Shown piece after piece: positions 1 to 15,192 of a stretch of DNA of 64,000 nt. The notes under the pieces are model-generated. The model saw nothing but the letters and a program-made list of their open reading frames with translations. It was not told the origin of the DNA and did not search any database. This DNA is from Botryllus schlosseri. Taxonomy: Eukaryota. The stretch lies in the NCBI GenBank assembly GCA_051294905.1, contig CM119375.1:19530001-19594000 (forward strand). Reading direction: 5' to 3'. How positions within the stretch are numbered: the first letter of the stretch is position 1; the number at the start of each line of letters is the position of its first letter. The position numbers and the translations under genes were made by a program.

Positions 1-666
1 CTTACAATTTACAATGTACGAACGAAAGCGAACATTCGCATATTAGTTTATAGTAGGAGATATAAAGACGAGTGAGACCATCAAATTATGATTAATATAT
101 ATTTGCTACAGGAAACCCTCCGCATTTTCAATATTTTCACCAATTTGCGATACTATATCATACGAAAGATAAAAAAGCGCCTCGGTGAACCTTGGTCTAT
201 GAAAATCAATGCAAAAAAGTATATCTAGAAAAAAATTAGTAAACCGAGCTCGAAAGACTTAAATATAAAATATGAATAGAGTGTAAATTAAGCCAACAGC
301 CATGCAGTCAGCGGTACAGCGAACGGGAACCAAGATATATAAGCCAAGGCGTTCGTTAGAATGATAAAAATATGCAACCGTTGCGTATCCGGTGCATTTT
401 CACCTACCGTATTTGCATGGCATTGTGAGTTAGCTTCGAGGACGGCATTAACATAAAACCATTCACTTTGAGCTTCCATTCCGCGATGCATGCACTGCGA
501 TGACGAAATCACACAATGCACTAGTCAACTCGTGTCTACCTGTTTGAGTAGGCGCAGTGTGTTATTGCGCAACAGCTAGGTTTAATCATGTTTCACAAAA
601 ATGTATTCTTCTTTCTATGCAATTACGCCTACACATAGAAGACATCCCTCTACTCAACCAATATAA

Positions 667-950
667 ACTCTCTATCTCTCTATCTCTCTATCTCTCTATA
701 TCTCTATCTCTCTATCTCTCTATCTCTCTATCTCTCTATCTCTCTATCTCTCTATCTCTCTATCGCTCTATCTCCCTATCGCTCTATCGCTCTATCTCTC
801 TATCTCGCTATCTCTCTATCTCTCTATCGCTATATCTCTCTCTCTCTACCTCTCTGTCTCTCTGTCTCTCTGTCTCTCTATCTCTCTATCCCTCTATCCC
901 TCTATCGCTAAATCCCTCTATCTCTCTATCTCTCCATCTCTCCATCTCCA
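667..950. repeat. (TATCTC)n / (TCTCTA)n hexanucleotide microsatellite
   Basis: Directly visible tandem tctcta units with a few variants. Confidence 0.95.
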
Positions 951-1721
951 AGTATAACTATACATCAAACACATTACTATAGTCCACAAAATGAACTGTG
1001 CAGGTGTGCACCAACAGAGTGTTAAAAGATAAAAACAATTGAAATATAATTTTCACAGGAAACGAAAACATTATAATGAATATTTATAGCAAATCTTACT
1101 CTGCTGTTCCCCTTCAGATGCCAGTTCAGAAACCTTGTAAAGTGTCATCGTAATGTTCGGTCAAACTATATACGCAACACCAACACTAACAATGTGATTA
1201 CGGATCGGGCATAATTTCCTGCAACCAATGATGCCCCTGACGGGCGCGTCATAGCATATCATATGTATCAGTTGCGTGCGTGTAGGTATCCTCTGAGACT
1301 GGTTCAGAGAACCTCTGATGTTCCATGGAACACCGATTAAGAACCACTATGATATGTAGAGTTAGGAACGATATCGCTAAAGTCCGGTAATGAAACTATT
1401 GCATCATTTACAAGTGTATTGTGTCTTCACAGGGCTAATGCTATTCGCTCATCTGCTGCTATTACAATCCGGACCATAGTCGATGTGAACAGGATCTTAC
1501 AGGGAGACGATCCCGACACCTACAATGTCTTACGTATGGTATCGTGTATTTTGCATTAAAATAGAAGAAGTCAACACCGAGCTTTTCCCACATCTATATG
1601 GAAGTGTCGTCATCATGTACCATCACTGTCTTTTACGCGGACGTGGAGTCGCGAATTCTCCACCCAAAACGTCGTTCCCGAACGCCAAGTGTCATAATCG
1701 TCTCTCATATAGATACACGAG

Positions 1722-2240
1722 TAGGGTTGCATTTAAAACAACTATTTTAAAACACTTTTTGTTAAAACATGTTTTAAACAATGTTTTGAATAAATGCCTT
1801 GTATAATTATACCATAATTGTCTGAATGCTTTCGAAAAATATGCAGTATGAGCCTACACCCAAGTTAGTTGACGTATGCGATGTGGAGTGGCTGGGACCC
1901 TCGAAATCGTCACTGCGTCATTAGTTATAGCAAGTAGATATAGATAATTGGTACGGAATGGGTGTTCTGATGATGATGACCGACGATCGTAAAAATGCTG
2001 CATAAAAATGTAGTCATGGTTAAAGATATTTTAGGTCTGTTCATGATAGTGGTCGGAAGCCCTTTTCGTCGAAGGAGCCGTATTTACCATATATTCTCAA
2101 TAGTCAATGTCAATCCACTGTGACATCACAATTAAAGATTCGTGACGTCATGGCTACAAAAATCAAAAACTTGTTTTAAACAAGGGCCATGTTTAAAACA
2201 TGTTTGTTTTAAATTAATTTTTGTTCTAAATGCAACCCCA
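1722..2240. mobile_element. Non-autonomous hAT-like MITE
   Basis: TIRs tagggttgcatttaaaac / gttctaaatgcaacccca; flanking 8-mers tacacgag and tacacgaa (7/8 TSD). Confidence 0.75.
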
Positions 2241-3783
2241 TACACGAAGGACTTAATAGTATGATATGTGCCTTGAACTCTTTAGTCCCAGGATATACCT
2301 GACCAATTTTCGACAAATGTTTGGCATCCTGCATCCCCTCATGAACATCGAAACACTCTCCCGCGGACAGCTTATTTTATCAGAAAAGTAGTTTTTTCTT
2401 TGCACTGAATTAAATATGAAGAGGCAAACATCTTGCAAACGTCGTGCGGGTAAAACAAAACTCTGATAAGAGACTTATGCCTCAGTATGGTGTTAATATT
2501 AGGTTTGCCCCTTCATATTGTAGCCGATATGTATATATTTACTCAAATCTACATATTTACTTTTACATTTACTCTTATCTATTGGAGCGCCACGCCATAT
2601 CTGTTGTTGTTGCAGTAGTCATGTAAACTTAACAATAGAAACCAAACATATTGATGACGTCTGGACATGTCTTAACATGCTTGAAATCAACACCAACTAA
2701 TTCCGATTGACGACATATAAATAAGGACTGGCTACTTCAAATGGAAATATTGTGCGATGGCTATTTAATCAGGTTTCGAAAAAACTACACGTTTCTGTAA
2801 TTCTTTTGTAGCAACATCGGCGTTATTGATAAAATATGAGGGGCATATAGTGGCTATTCAATTTAAACTTCCAAATCAATATTTTTCTACCACCGTTAAT
2901 ATTTATTAGTTCACTATTCGCAAGATTCTACTTTCGTTTTCGCTATCTTATGACTGATCATACTGTGTATCTGATCTTACCGAATATGCTGTTACGGCAA
3001 ACAAATATTGAAAGAGCACTCCTACCTACTCCTATATATGATACAGAATATTAACAACCGTGTTTATAGATATCGTAACATCAGTAGGTTACTTATCTGT
3101 ATCTAGTCAATTTGATGACTATCCTGACATGCCCGTGGAAATTTGCTTTTCCAATCAGAAGAGCGATTAATGTAAGAGTCTGTCGTAATCATAATAGTAA
3201 TGTGTGCCCACCCATGTGACAGACGATAGTGGGACGTTTTCTTAATACATATCCCTATACTTATATTTCTATTTAAAACGAGATCAGCCGACGATTGACG
3301 TTTTAGTCATAAGCAGTGTTGGTCGCAGATAGGCATGAAATATCTGATGCACATGGTGTTAAAAAGACAGGCATATTAAGACGATATCTACTAGGTCGTC
3401 CTAACGCATCTTAATGACGCACAAAGGGGTCAACTAGTCATATTGTACGGTTAGCTACAGATGACTGCGAGAATCTGTTTGTAGCAACCTTGTTTAAATG
3501 ATTTTGTAAGTATTGAAGAAGATGAAGAAAAAGCATACGGCCAATATCCCCTTTTATATTTTCAATAGCTTGTGAAGAATGGTATCACGAAAGGGCTGAG
3601 TCATCGGTCACGGCCCTCTGTCAATCCACGTTTTCCCGAGATGCGTATTTATCTAGCCTTGCTATATTTAGATATACAGCTGCATAATATTCATATTATT
3701 ATACGCAACAGAACAGTGACGATTATGACGTTTTTGAGGTTTTGTGCGCCACGCTATGTGATAATTCTTTGAGCCGTGCCATG

Positions 3784-3937
3784 NNNNNNNNNNNNNNNNN
3801 NNNNNNNNNNNNNNNNNNNNNNNNNNNNNNNNNNNNNNNNNNNNNNNNNNNNNNNNNNNNNNNNNNNNNNNNNNNNNNNNNNNNNNNNNNNNNNNNNNNN
3901 NNNNNNNNNNNNNNNNNNNNNNNNNNNNNNNNNNNNN
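3784..3937. other. Assembly gap (154 N)
   Basis: Run of N. Confidence 1.
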
Positions 3938-6074
3938 ATTCGTGGGATAGTTGATACTGACTTCTAGCATGTGATCTTGATTTCTGAGAATCAGAATCGC
4001 CCTACAGCTTGAGAATTTGATGAACAATCCGTCCGAATCCGAGTACTCTCATCCATGCCCATCTGAAAGATCCCCTCCAAAAATCCGCATTGAATTACGT
4101 TACTGAAGAATCCATTTTCGACAGCTAATCTGAGCCTATATACCAGGGGTCACCGACACGCGGAACGCCACAAGCGGTTTTAGAATTCAGAAGAACGCTT
4201 GGTAAAGCAATTGGTAATGCTGAAATGAATTTCAGTGTCAAAATATTGTTGTTGTTGTTGTTCTAAATAAGCTTATCTCCTGTGCCCAATACCACTATCA
4301 ACCACTAGCTGAGACGGCTTAGGCGATGGCATCAGCATTCCACGGAGGGAGAATCATGACTCGAATGGTCATATCGCCTTGACGTGCAATGGCCCAGACA
4401 CTGCCAAGACCGAGAAGATTAGAGAACAGCTAGGGGTTTCGCCATAAGATCAAGTGTGTCGCTGTCGGGTATTTGCATGTCGCTGAATCCAAAAATGACA
4501 TTAGTTTTTCCGAATTGGCGCTATTGTTTTGAGATATTCCATATTTAGTTTCCACAGATGCTGAAAATACCCAGTTTTGACGTACGTGTAATTATTTTTT
4601 TCTACAACTTTGATGAGTCTACATCAGTCTTCAAGCATATGTGCATTGTGCATACCGTATTCCTCTAGTTCTGAAGGGATATCTCTGAAAACGCAATCGT
4701 TAACACAGAGAGCCGTGTTAACGGGAATCATGCTTCACGTGAAGATCGAGCAAAAAATAGGCGGTATTAGCAGTAAACAAAAACAGCTGACTTCAAAGCA
4801 CAAGCACTACTTTTAGTAACGCTGAAAGTATATTTAGTAAGGTATCAAAGCACTTTACACAACTATAGGACTACGCTATAGCCACATAGCTATAAAATGA
4901 GATATTGATGTCATGTGATAACTGAAGGTAGTACTCGACACTGTAGCCTACATATGGTTAACAACACAAATAAACTGCAGCTTATCAGAATGATGCTTCT
5001 ACTGTTACACTCCCCTCGTCTGATTTACAGTGTGATGCTGTACATTGTGTACAGTTTGCAGAAAGCTGAGGAAATCACTCATAACGGTAGAGATAGACAG
5101 TACAGCAACATGCCGAGTATAGGCTGCAGCTAGATAACTTGTGCTGTCCAAAATGTAGTGTTTTCAATGTCTTGTTTCTGAAGTAACAACAGCAAATATA
5201 CACAGTGACGTATCTGTTCCAGAATAAGTAATGCAGTGCCTTAAGATACATTTCCAATATGCATGTTACTGATACTTCTGTTCACATCTAGCAGTTCTTA
5301 AACTTAATGATTTTTGTTAAATAAAAAATATCAATATCTTAAAAAATAATGGTAATTCAAAGAAACGAATGTCCTTGTCGGACCCAGCAGTCCAAAATAC
5401 CCAGAATCCAATAAAGTATTTTTGGCACTCAATTTTTTTTTGTTGGCCAGTGTTATTCATATTTGCTTGGACACTTGGACACAGAACAGCGTTCCAGTGC
5501 TACCATGGACTTCTATCCTAAACTGTTCACTGTTCCTTTCTGGTTATCGACCTGACGATTTATTCTTTTGGCTTGTAATAAAGAGTCATTTCTGGTCAGA
5601 ACAATTCAAGAATATCTGAAATAAAAGTTACAGCTCTATCCGAAAACAGCCGGCACTAAATTAAAATCGAATCCGTCTACAATGATTGTGGAAATCTCGG
5701 TTTGAATCATATCCTAATCCGAATGATGCTCGTCGCTGCTTCTAGCTCGGCTCACAGTAATTCTTGTTTTTTTGATACACTGCGGCGAAGTCGGCGGATG
5801 CGGGACCATTAGAATAGGGTTACCTACCATATTTTGATATCCGAAAAAGAGGACACTTTTCAAAAATTATGGAAGCTCCAGAACCGGAAGAGAAAACTGG
5901 TGATCTGGCGATTTTAAACACTCTTCGGCTGATAGTACTGTATTGACGAAAAGAAGACCATTAAACTTTGTGTCGGCTAACGTTTACCCTATTTTTTTAC
6001 AAAACTCTAACGTTCGCTGCTTTGTCGTGGAGTTTTTTTATCGCATTTCAATACTATGGTAGTATGGTATGGAC

Positions 6075-7471
6075 CAGAGTTGGATCAATTACATTATTTC
6101 AGTTAAATTACAATTACAATTACAATTACTCCTTGCATGCTTCAATTACATTACAATTACAATTACAATTGCTGCTGTTGAACATGTAATTGAATAATCA
6201 TAAATTCAACCGTGCTCCTTGACAACCGTAGCGTCGTAATTAACAACAATTCAACTATTCATGTTTCATTCATGATACGCAAATACCCGTTAATTAATAA
6301 AAAGAAAAACGTTTTCGAACTATTCCAGTATGCAGTATGTCGTTGAAAAAAGTATTATAATATATGCACGTGTTGGATTTGCGTATATAGTATATAATTA
6401 AAGAAATAATATTATTTTTATCGAGGGACGTAGGAATTAGGATGAGGGGTAAAAACAAAACCGTGCCTTGTCAGAAAAGACGTTATATATTATCCAGTGG
6501 TCTGGTTAGTTAGCCCGACGAAGTAAAAATGCAGCATCGTGATCTGAAAGCGTATTGTAGATTGCCAACCCACGGATAGATGAGCAAGATGTGATTCACG
6601 GATGAATGCACCGACAAACGTACTGCAGAGCCGGCAGCAGCAAACTTTGTCGTCCTAGAGCTGGCGACTCAACGTCCAAATTTGATGCATCTGGTCTTTA
6701 TCGTAAGCTATTGATGCACTAATTCCGAAAATACAAATTAAAATCTCGTCGGGGCAATGTAACTGCTCCAAAATAGCCGTTTAAGGCCGACTGTTCTGAG
6801 AAGTGAGAGCGCCGCAGCAGCATGACCACAACAATGACCAATTACGCCCAGCGATTGTTCAGAACAATGCCGATTCCTAAACTTTCACAACTATTTCGGG
6901 ATGGTACCATTGCCTGGAAATATACTTTTATTGCGGAATCAGTGCGACACTATCTCTTTCGATTAGGACCATACATATCAAATTTCGACGCTTGGATCGC
7001 CAGCTATGGGAGTATCAATTCTGCTGCTTTTAGTCGGCTCAGCAGTTCGCTTCTCGGCGTATTCATTCGTGAGTCACGTGTTGCGTATTCAATCGTGAGT
7101 CACGTGTTGCGAATCCATTCGTTGGTGTGTAATCTAATAATTGTATACAATGGCAGCCGAGGTCAGCATAGCGGTAAAAATAAAAAACGCAAGGGCGCAG
7201 TCAAGGGCTTCCGCGAATGGATTCACCAAATTCCTTGTCGACATTTAAAGAGAATGCACTGCAAGTCAATTATTTTATGTTGTGCTTGTCTGGTCTCTAT
7301 AGCAATTTAATGTAATTGAAATTGTAATTGAGCAAAATTTTTGTCAAATTACAATTACAATTACAATTACACAAAATAAAAATGCTTCAATTACAATTAC
7401 ATTACAATTACATTGAAAAATGTAATTAATTACATTCAGCTCAATTACAAATTACAATTGATCCAACTCTG
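6075..7471. mobile_element. hAT-like non-autonomous element with (ATTACA)n subterminal arrays
   Basis: TIR cagagttggatcaat / attgatccaactctg; perfect 8-bp TSD gtatggac at 6067-6074 and 7472-7479. Confidence 0.9.
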
Positions 7472-8064
7472 GTATGGACGCATGGTAACCTATACCATAG
7501 ATTACCATACATATACGTACACCATACACATACGTATTTGGATTGTGGACGCCGCCCTTTTCTGTTTATATTTTAATATACACGAAGCTTGTGGGCCTTG
7601 ACCATAAATGGGCACAAAATATATATATTGTGTGTAATATATATCCGGTGTCGTTGGATTTGAGATTTACTTAACACGGGCTGCTCTGTGGAACGGCTGC
7701 ATTACGGCTGATAAGGATATGTTGCAATCGCCGACTCTCCACTCCAATTTCGGCATGCAAGGAAATATAAACGCTGCACGTCACACATATCCCGGCTGTC
7801 AAGCAACAACCGATTAAAAGTTATTTGAATATTGATAATAGAAAATCTGAGAGTACAATTTTTCAATTGAATTTATAGATAGGCGGAAGATTTTTCGATT
7901 TGAAAATATAGTAAAAACGTATTCCATTTAATAGTAAGTTAGAATAATACAAACGGAATAATTGAAAAGCATGCTTCGTTTTCAGGAGCAGTCCTGATTT
8001 GAATCGTATATTATATATAGCTTAAAATTTGACATTTCTCCAACACTGGTAGAGATATTCAATC

Positions 8065-9932
8065 ATGCGATGCAGGATGCTCAAAGCTGTTTTATTTCTC
8101 TCTTCGGTAGTGTCAGTATTAGCAGGTACGTAGCTCTACAGGTCTCTAGATGTTTCGTTTATTTAGCTATGATTTGAAATAAAGTCTCATTTCTTTCAGG
8201 ACTGAAAAATAGCATAAAATTCGACGGTACTACCCTGAAATTTTATAATGGAGAGCATGATTCAGCAACATTCGGTACTGCAGTTGTTAGTTGCTTTCAG
8301 AAAGGCGGAGAACTAGTCATGCCGAAGTATAAGAAACTGAATGATGCTGTGACTCAAGTTGTTAATAAGTTAGTAAATAATAACCGCATAAGAACCATGG
8401 ATATTTACCCTCTTTTTTCAAGGGGAGCCGCGTGGATTGGAGGTGGTGATTTTTTTGGTGAGGGTAACTACGAATGGAACGATGGCGAAAGGCATGAATG
8501 GACAAACTGGTATGCTATATTTAAAACAGACTTTATATTCTGCACGATTCCAGTTATTGGTGTATATTGTATATGACCCTACTGAAAATATTACGCTCAG
8601 TATCAGTGCCAGTGCCAGTATACCTACAGAATGTCAGTGTCGGCTTGGACCGCCCATATAGTGGTTATTATTAGGGCTGGGCAAAATCGAGTACCCAAGT
8701 GATTCGATTCTGAATCACGTATAACGCTTAGAGTCGAGTCGAGTAATCGAGTATCGCTCGTTATGACGTCACAACAGAATGTACTATGTCAAAGTTCAAA
8801 TATGTACCTTTTATACTACCACAAGGAACATAATGCCTGGTATCCGTCACAGTAAAGATACTTTGGTATTTTTTAACCATACCGATTTGATTGCACTTCT
8901 TGACAATGTTGTGGGGTGATCATGACTTCGGAAATGTGTTATTTCCAGTAACGTCCGTTGCTTTATACTATGTCTGGTATGCTGCGACACTGCCAATCAA
9001 GGTTTGAAGACTTCCACAGTGGAAAATAGTATCAAAAATATGATTATCGTCAGTAAATTAACTTTCAGTTGCGAGGAGCGTATAATTTCAGTACTCGAAA
9101 AAATCGTCTTTTATTACTCGACTCGAATCATTGAAATTAATACTCGATTCAGATTCGAGTACTCGAATCATTGTGCCCAGTCCTAGTTATTATACGTTAT
9201 TACTATAGGGACGGTGAAACTGTGAAAGGTTTCGGTTAGTGTGACGATGGATTTCCGTAAATGCAGTTCACTGGGAACATGAACATGTGACATCTCGTGG
9301 TTTCGTAATGTTAATTCGAAGACAAATCGCTATCTGACTTCGATCGCCGTCGACTCCAGAATTCTTACCTGAGTGTTACAGGTTGATCTAAGCCCCTCCT
9401 CGCCACGTGATCCGCCCAAGCAACATCTTATAAAAAGCTTAGAAGTGGGTCGTACTACAAGTCGATAAATACAGAAACAAAAACAAAGAAAATTGGCCTG
9501 GTGTAAAATGACCAATAGGCTATATAGTCGAAACACCATGCACACCAAACAAACAAATGGTAGGAGTACACAGTGTACTAGTCAATCACTGTAGCGTACG
9601 CCAGGTATTGTATTTACTCTTGCACCGAGCCAAGCAGTGGAACACATGTTCTGCCAAAAGGCCTTATCTTTCTTGTTTTCTTATTGCAAAACGGACAACG
9701 GAGATATGCAGTCCCATGTTGCTTAGGGTGTGTTCTAGCCCCAGCCAGTGCTAATTACAATAACTACATGCGCCTAATCCCGGTAATCCCAACTTCATTA
9801 AGGGACGATGGGGAGCCTAGTAATTCGGGAGGAGATGAGGACTGCATTGAAATAAATCATTCACGCGCAGATGCCTGGAATGACGATAACTGCTGTAAAA
9901 ATAACGGATATGTTTGTCAAATACGTATGTAA
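8065..9932 (+). CDS. Host secreted single-domain C-type lectin; 4 exons (8065-8125, 8200-8368, 8423-8509, 9803-9932)
   Basis: Exons joined by hand at GT-AG with consistent phase: signal peptide MRCRMLKAVLFLSSVVSVLA, C..GG.L, AWIGG, W-D-D-G-EPS..EDC..WNDDNC..YVCQ lectin motifs. Confidence 0.85.
8672..9185. mobile_element. hAT-like MITE family A (complete 514-bp copy) in lectin intron 3
   Basis: TIR tagggctgggca / tgcccagtccta; perfect 8-bp TSD gttattat; other copies at 10423-12624 and 24540-24878. Confidence 0.92.
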
Positions 9933-10422
9933 CTTCATTTATGATTTTTCCACCAAGTCACTATCGCATTATTCACCAATTACTGATACTACGAAAATAT
10001 TTGATATCATATTAATATGTACATTGTACAGTGATGTATGCTACACCAAAGGTAGACCACACAAAGCATCGAATGATTCCAACTGGACACAAAGTGACAT
10101 CGAAGTATAATGTTGTATGTTCGATCAATGAGATCAGAGAACGGTAATCTTTTTTGTTCTACAAGTAGATTTCAAATGACAAATTTAGTCATAAATATAC
10201 TCAAATACACCACCCTAAATTTATTGCGGCTCATCATCTACAAGGCCACCTATCAGTGTGAGCTTTTGGGTTCAAGACACAAATAATTATAGAACTTAAT
10301 CACACTCACAATGTACCTTTCAAGTTCACTAAGTTTCGCAGTTCGTCTTTGTTGATGTCATTACAGAACATCGGCCTCGAGTATGTCGCTAACAGAAGCA
10401 AGGTTTTTATTGCTCTTACGGC

Positions 10423-12624
10423 TAGGGCTGGGCAAAAACGAGCACCTGAGTGATTCGATTCTGAATCACGTAATATGCTTCGAGTCGAGTCGAGTAATCG
10501 AGTATCACTCATTATGACGTCACAACAGAATGTACTATGTCGAAGTTCAAATATGTACCTTTTATGCGTGGCTGCTTTTATGTCGTAGCTTTATAATATG
10601 TCTGGCAGACATGGGGTGATTACTTCATGAATGTAATCGATTGCGATTACGATTACTTCTGAATCACGCGATTACGATTACGATTACGATTACAGCAAAA
10701 TCAGGAAGTAGTCGATTACGATTACGATTACATTGTAAAAGTAATCACGATTACTCACGATTACATTTATTTTGCATCTTAGTAGTTATATTGGAAGACA
10801 ATACCTGGATTGCGCTGAAAAGGCCTAATGAGAAAACAACTTTATTTAAAAAAGATGCGACATTTGCTTGTTACGTCATAATTTACCCATTGTCCATTCT
10901 ATATGGGACGATTTATCGCACCCAACTATTTGCATTCTTGCTAGGTCCTTAACTCCCGCACCCCAAATTCCCTAATAGGGTGGGGAGCGTGCTCGGAGGG
11001 GACTCAAAAGTATTTCGTAAACCAACATAAATTAGAGAGTATTTTCGAGAGATTTCATTAACTTGAAAATTCTCTTTGAGTTTTGCGATTTAAATGTCTC
11101 CAGATAGCTTGATTTTGAAATGCATATGTGTCCCCCTAAAGAAATGAAGCATGCAGAATTCATAGCAATACGCATTTTTGTGCCAGTCAATACCGCGCCT
11201 CCAGGCACCAAAACACATATGAAGTTTCGGCGAGCATGCGACTCCACGAAGTGTACTACATTGGTCGAAACTTAGGGTATGTGTCCATTGTCAATAGCCG
11301 CGCTGGGTGGGCGTGACTAACAGTTCGGTCCTTTCAATCTGGGCCGACGATGCACTTGGACACCCTCAGAGCATTAGACATGAAAATTTGTGTGTGCGTC
11401 TCACGCAAGTTTTCCTTTTAGTCTGCTACGTTTGGGCCACTACAATATCTTTTGACTATACAACAGACCGGAGGTCACGAATTAACAACATATAATAAAG
11501 TAATTATTGCAAGATAACAGACGTTATAATTATGAATTACGCACCTCCTGTTCTTCAGGTAAATCTGGCCATCGGTGGTTGAGATAGGATTTAAAATGCC
11601 ATATAAATGCCATTACCAATATTATTGACGAAATTAAAACTTCAACTTGAAAATTGACTACCCAATGGGGGCCCAAGACCAACGTTTAGAGTGGGATACG
11701 ATTTTGTTGTTTTGATTCTGATTCTAGCTACGACCCACGCTAACATGGTAGCCTATATAAGCCGATGGCTATGACGGCAGGTCCAAATGTTCAGTAAAGA
11801 ATTGTGAAATAGCGATTGGCGCCCGTTTTGAGTAGAATGATATGAGAATAAGAAAAGGTGGACATAAAATTCTGCCTTCAACCTAATACAGATAATGCAA
11901 TGCAAGGTGTCATTACGAGAAACGGCAAAAACAAACGACTCGGTCGACTCGGAGGTGATTAATCATCCTGCTGCAAGGTAGTGGCGTCTGAAATGTATAT
12001 TGATAACCCGATATACAGCACGGTGGGTGTTCTTACAATCACACAAATGTACATCGAAGATCTAATTACTATGTGTGGATACTGCTTACGCAAAGACGAG
12101 GAGAGCTAATAGGCTACTTCTGACGTAATAATGAACAGTGGCATTTGAAAATCAGACGTTTGTGCTCTCAATAACGGGTATATTACCTCTTCCTTGTTCA
12201 CGAATGTTCAGTTTATGGCACAGTCCTTGTACAAATAAAAAGTAATCGTTCTTTCACAGAAAAATCGATTAAATATGGGAAGTAGTCGATTACGATTACG
12301 ATTACTTCGGAATTTTTTCGAATGTAATCGATTGCGATTACGATTACTTGAAAATGCTGTAATCGTCGTAATCGATTACGTTTACTAATCGCGATTAACC
12401 CATGTCTGATGTCTGGTATGGTGCGACACGGCCAATCAAGGTTTCAAGGCTTCCTCAGTGGAAAATAGTATCAACACTATAATTCTCGTTAGTAAATTAA
12501 CTTTCAGTTGCGAGGAGCGTATATTTTCAGCACTCGAAAATTTCGTCTTTTACTACTCGAATCGAATCATTAGAATTAATACTCGATTCAGATTCGAGTA
12601 CTCGAATCATTGTGCCCAGCCCTA
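10423..12624. mobile_element. MITE family A copy carrying an internal deletion and a nested insertion
   Basis: Same ends as 8672-9185; perfect TSD cttacggc. Confidence 0.88.
10606..12408. mobile_element. hAT-like element with (GATTAC)n arrays nested inside MITE A
   Basis: TIR cagacatggg / cccatgtctg; perfect 8-bp TSD atgtctgg. Confidence 0.9.
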
Positions 12625-13742
12625 CTTACGGCAAGGTCAGGGTAATCCGGCATTGGCATAACATCGACTACCATAGTTTCTGAGGAGGGGTATTTGATTC
12701 CATGAGATTCCCACTATTTTCAGCTCTGCTCAAGTGATATAGAATGGCTCCCGTATTTTCAATACAGAAATTGACTCGAGTCGAATCATTTTAGGCATTT
12801 TACGCAAGTCGGACTCGAGTCATTGCTTCTTCCAAGAAGCAATGGGGATTGGACATACGAAACAACCTCATGCTTACGTCACTGCCAGTCACACTCATTT
12901 TGTGATTAAAGAGATTATATTGGAATTTTTAAACTTTTATCAGTGATCGTCACCAGTGTGATTCTGAATCTTCTCTTGACTTGCAACCTTTGCGACCTCT
13001 AGATTAGACGACGGACTGTGGTTAAATCAGTAAAAATTAGATTACATCCCAAAACGAACACAAAATTAATATCGACATAAACCTTATGTCGGATATTGTT
13101 CAGTATCGAATACACTTCAGGTTTAAATAGTTAGAAATACGCTACCGTGTCGCGCACCTGGGACCCTAAATTAGCGAAGTTTAAGTAATATGATTGCAAT
13201 TCTGTGCAGCTGTCAGTAACTCCGCCATTATCTATACAAAGTACCTGTACCTAACGGAAAGGGTAAATAGAACCAATCCTGTAGTGTATATGAGGGGAAT
13301 AGGGATCAAAAGCCCTACTTCCAAGATGAGCTGTTTTGCGTAAGCAATAGTTCCAGACTTGCACTATTTGATTACCATGTCAATTTCAAATCTCTGGTGT
13401 CGAAACTTAGCATGTAACTATATTTCATTGTGCTTAGTGAACCAGTGGTTACCAACCTTTTTTCCTGACGAGCAGAAATTTGAAAAATATTATAATTTGG
13501 GTAATCATTTGAACGTATGCATGTTGATTAAGTCGTACTACGAAATTTTACGATGACAAAATCACTAACTTCAAGAACTTATTCAATTTGCTACTACCTG
13601 GATATTTTAATTTATTACTATAGTACCACGAGTACCATTATGGATTTTTGGGGCGTCTTTTCTATAAATCATTACAAAATCACATCTCTGAGTGACTGCT
13701 CGCTTATGCTTGCCGCCAGTGCGATTTTCAATTCGCTTATGA

Positions 13743-14778
13743 CAGGGCTGAGCAAACTTTTGAGCTCGCGGGCCGCATTCAACATCTGAATCCATTCGCG
13801 GGCCGCACTACATAAACTAACGCAATATTGGTATTTGATTATATAGTGAGGACATAGATATAATATATGTGCTTATTTAAAACAAACAAAACATTGCTTC
13901 GATGATATCGTACACGCGTCAGAAACATAGTGGCGAGATTTTATAGGCTGGTCGATCTCAATAACCAATTTTTCAAAACTATAGAGACGAAAGACGGTTT
14001 TGTCCCGATTCTTAGAACAGGCTTGAAATTTAAATACCCCAATTCTACGCATAAAGAGAACGAATCAACCTAAGACACGCGCGAATCGCTTTGAATAAGC
14101 ACATCACTGAAATAAGTAAAACTGGAGTGACCAATCTGAAAGCACACTTGTGATCCGAATTATGCCAATTTCGTTTAGGATTTCTGTGATGTTTAGCAGT
14201 TGAAACCTATCAAACTGCGTGGGCCTTGGGATCTGACTGTCGCGCCAGAAATTAAACATAAAAAAATAATATATGAATTATTTACCTTAGAACAGTGGTT
14301 CTCAAACTTTGTAAGACACGCCCCGCTTATGATGGTGAAAGATCTCGCCCCCAACCCCCCAACCCCTTATCGTAATATCACAAAACGCAACCAGGATGCT
14401 AGCAAACCTATCGGATAGTTAATGAAAGACATGGAAGGTTACGACTGTGGATGAGAGATTTTTAAATATGAAACTGTGACTAAATACAGAGCAATAATCA
14501 TGAATGGGAAGAAAATCGCGCATTTTTTTCACTCGAGCTCAGCTTCGCGTCCCCTTCAGATACTTTCACGCCCCCAAAGGGGGGCGCGCCCCCCAGTTGT
14601 GGAACCACTGCCTCACAATTATAATGGTGAAATATACTAAGAAAAAGTTTCATCGAGTACCTGCATTAATTCGAATTTTAGTACGCATTTTTATCAAGTT
14701 TCTTTAGACTCCCGCGGGCCGCACAGAACGGTAATGAGGGCCGCATGCGGCACGCGGGCCGTAGTTTGCCCACCCCTG
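13743..14778. mobile_element. hAT/Charlie-like MITE with a nested CAGTGG-ended MITE (14293-14610)
   Basis: Ends cagggctgagcaaac / gtttgcccacccctg with gcgggccgc subterminal motifs; inner cagtggttctcaa / ttgtggaaccactg; TSDs imperfect. Confidence 0.7.
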
Positions 14779-15049
14779 GTTATGAACTTTACTTTACAGA
14801 TCCAAAGGGATGGCAGTAAATATATCAATGTTGGTCTTAGTCAAAATGTTAACTGAACTTGTGAGCAGGCATGATTTGCATCTCCAAATCCCGTCATTTC
14901 GTCGACCAAGCAATGTCCAGTAAAAGAGAGAGTGTGAGAGAGAGAGACCATATATATTTTCGCCTGTACCATCGAGATGCTGTAACGATACAAATGTGAT
15001 ACGACCATCAAGCAAGGTCATCTAGTCTGCACCACCATATTTTCTCCCC

Positions 15050-15192
15050 CATGCTATCCGTGGATGCTGAACGCCAAGCGGTATAACCGCGGAGACCAAT
15101 TTTCGAGTCTTTGGTCTGACCCGGCCGGGGATTGAGCCCACGACTTGCCTATCAAGAAGCCGGACGTATCACCATGGCACTATCTCGCTCGG
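15050..15192 (-). mobile_element. tRNA-derived SINE (degenerate)
   Basis: Minus strand A-box-like tagtgccatgg and B-box-like gggctcaatcc followed by a non-tRNA body. Confidence 0.45.

Noticed and set aside
557-982. 141-aa ORF with (LSISLS)n
   Set aside because: Translation of the microsatellite.
3668-4027. ORFs spanning the N run
   Set aside because: Artefacts of the assembly gap.
1098-4490. Scattered AG...GT exon-like segments
   Set aside because: Could not be assembled into a phase-consistent gene with a recognisable domain.
6822-7310. 162-aa ORF
   Set aside because: Inside a non-autonomous hAT element; no transposase or other motif.
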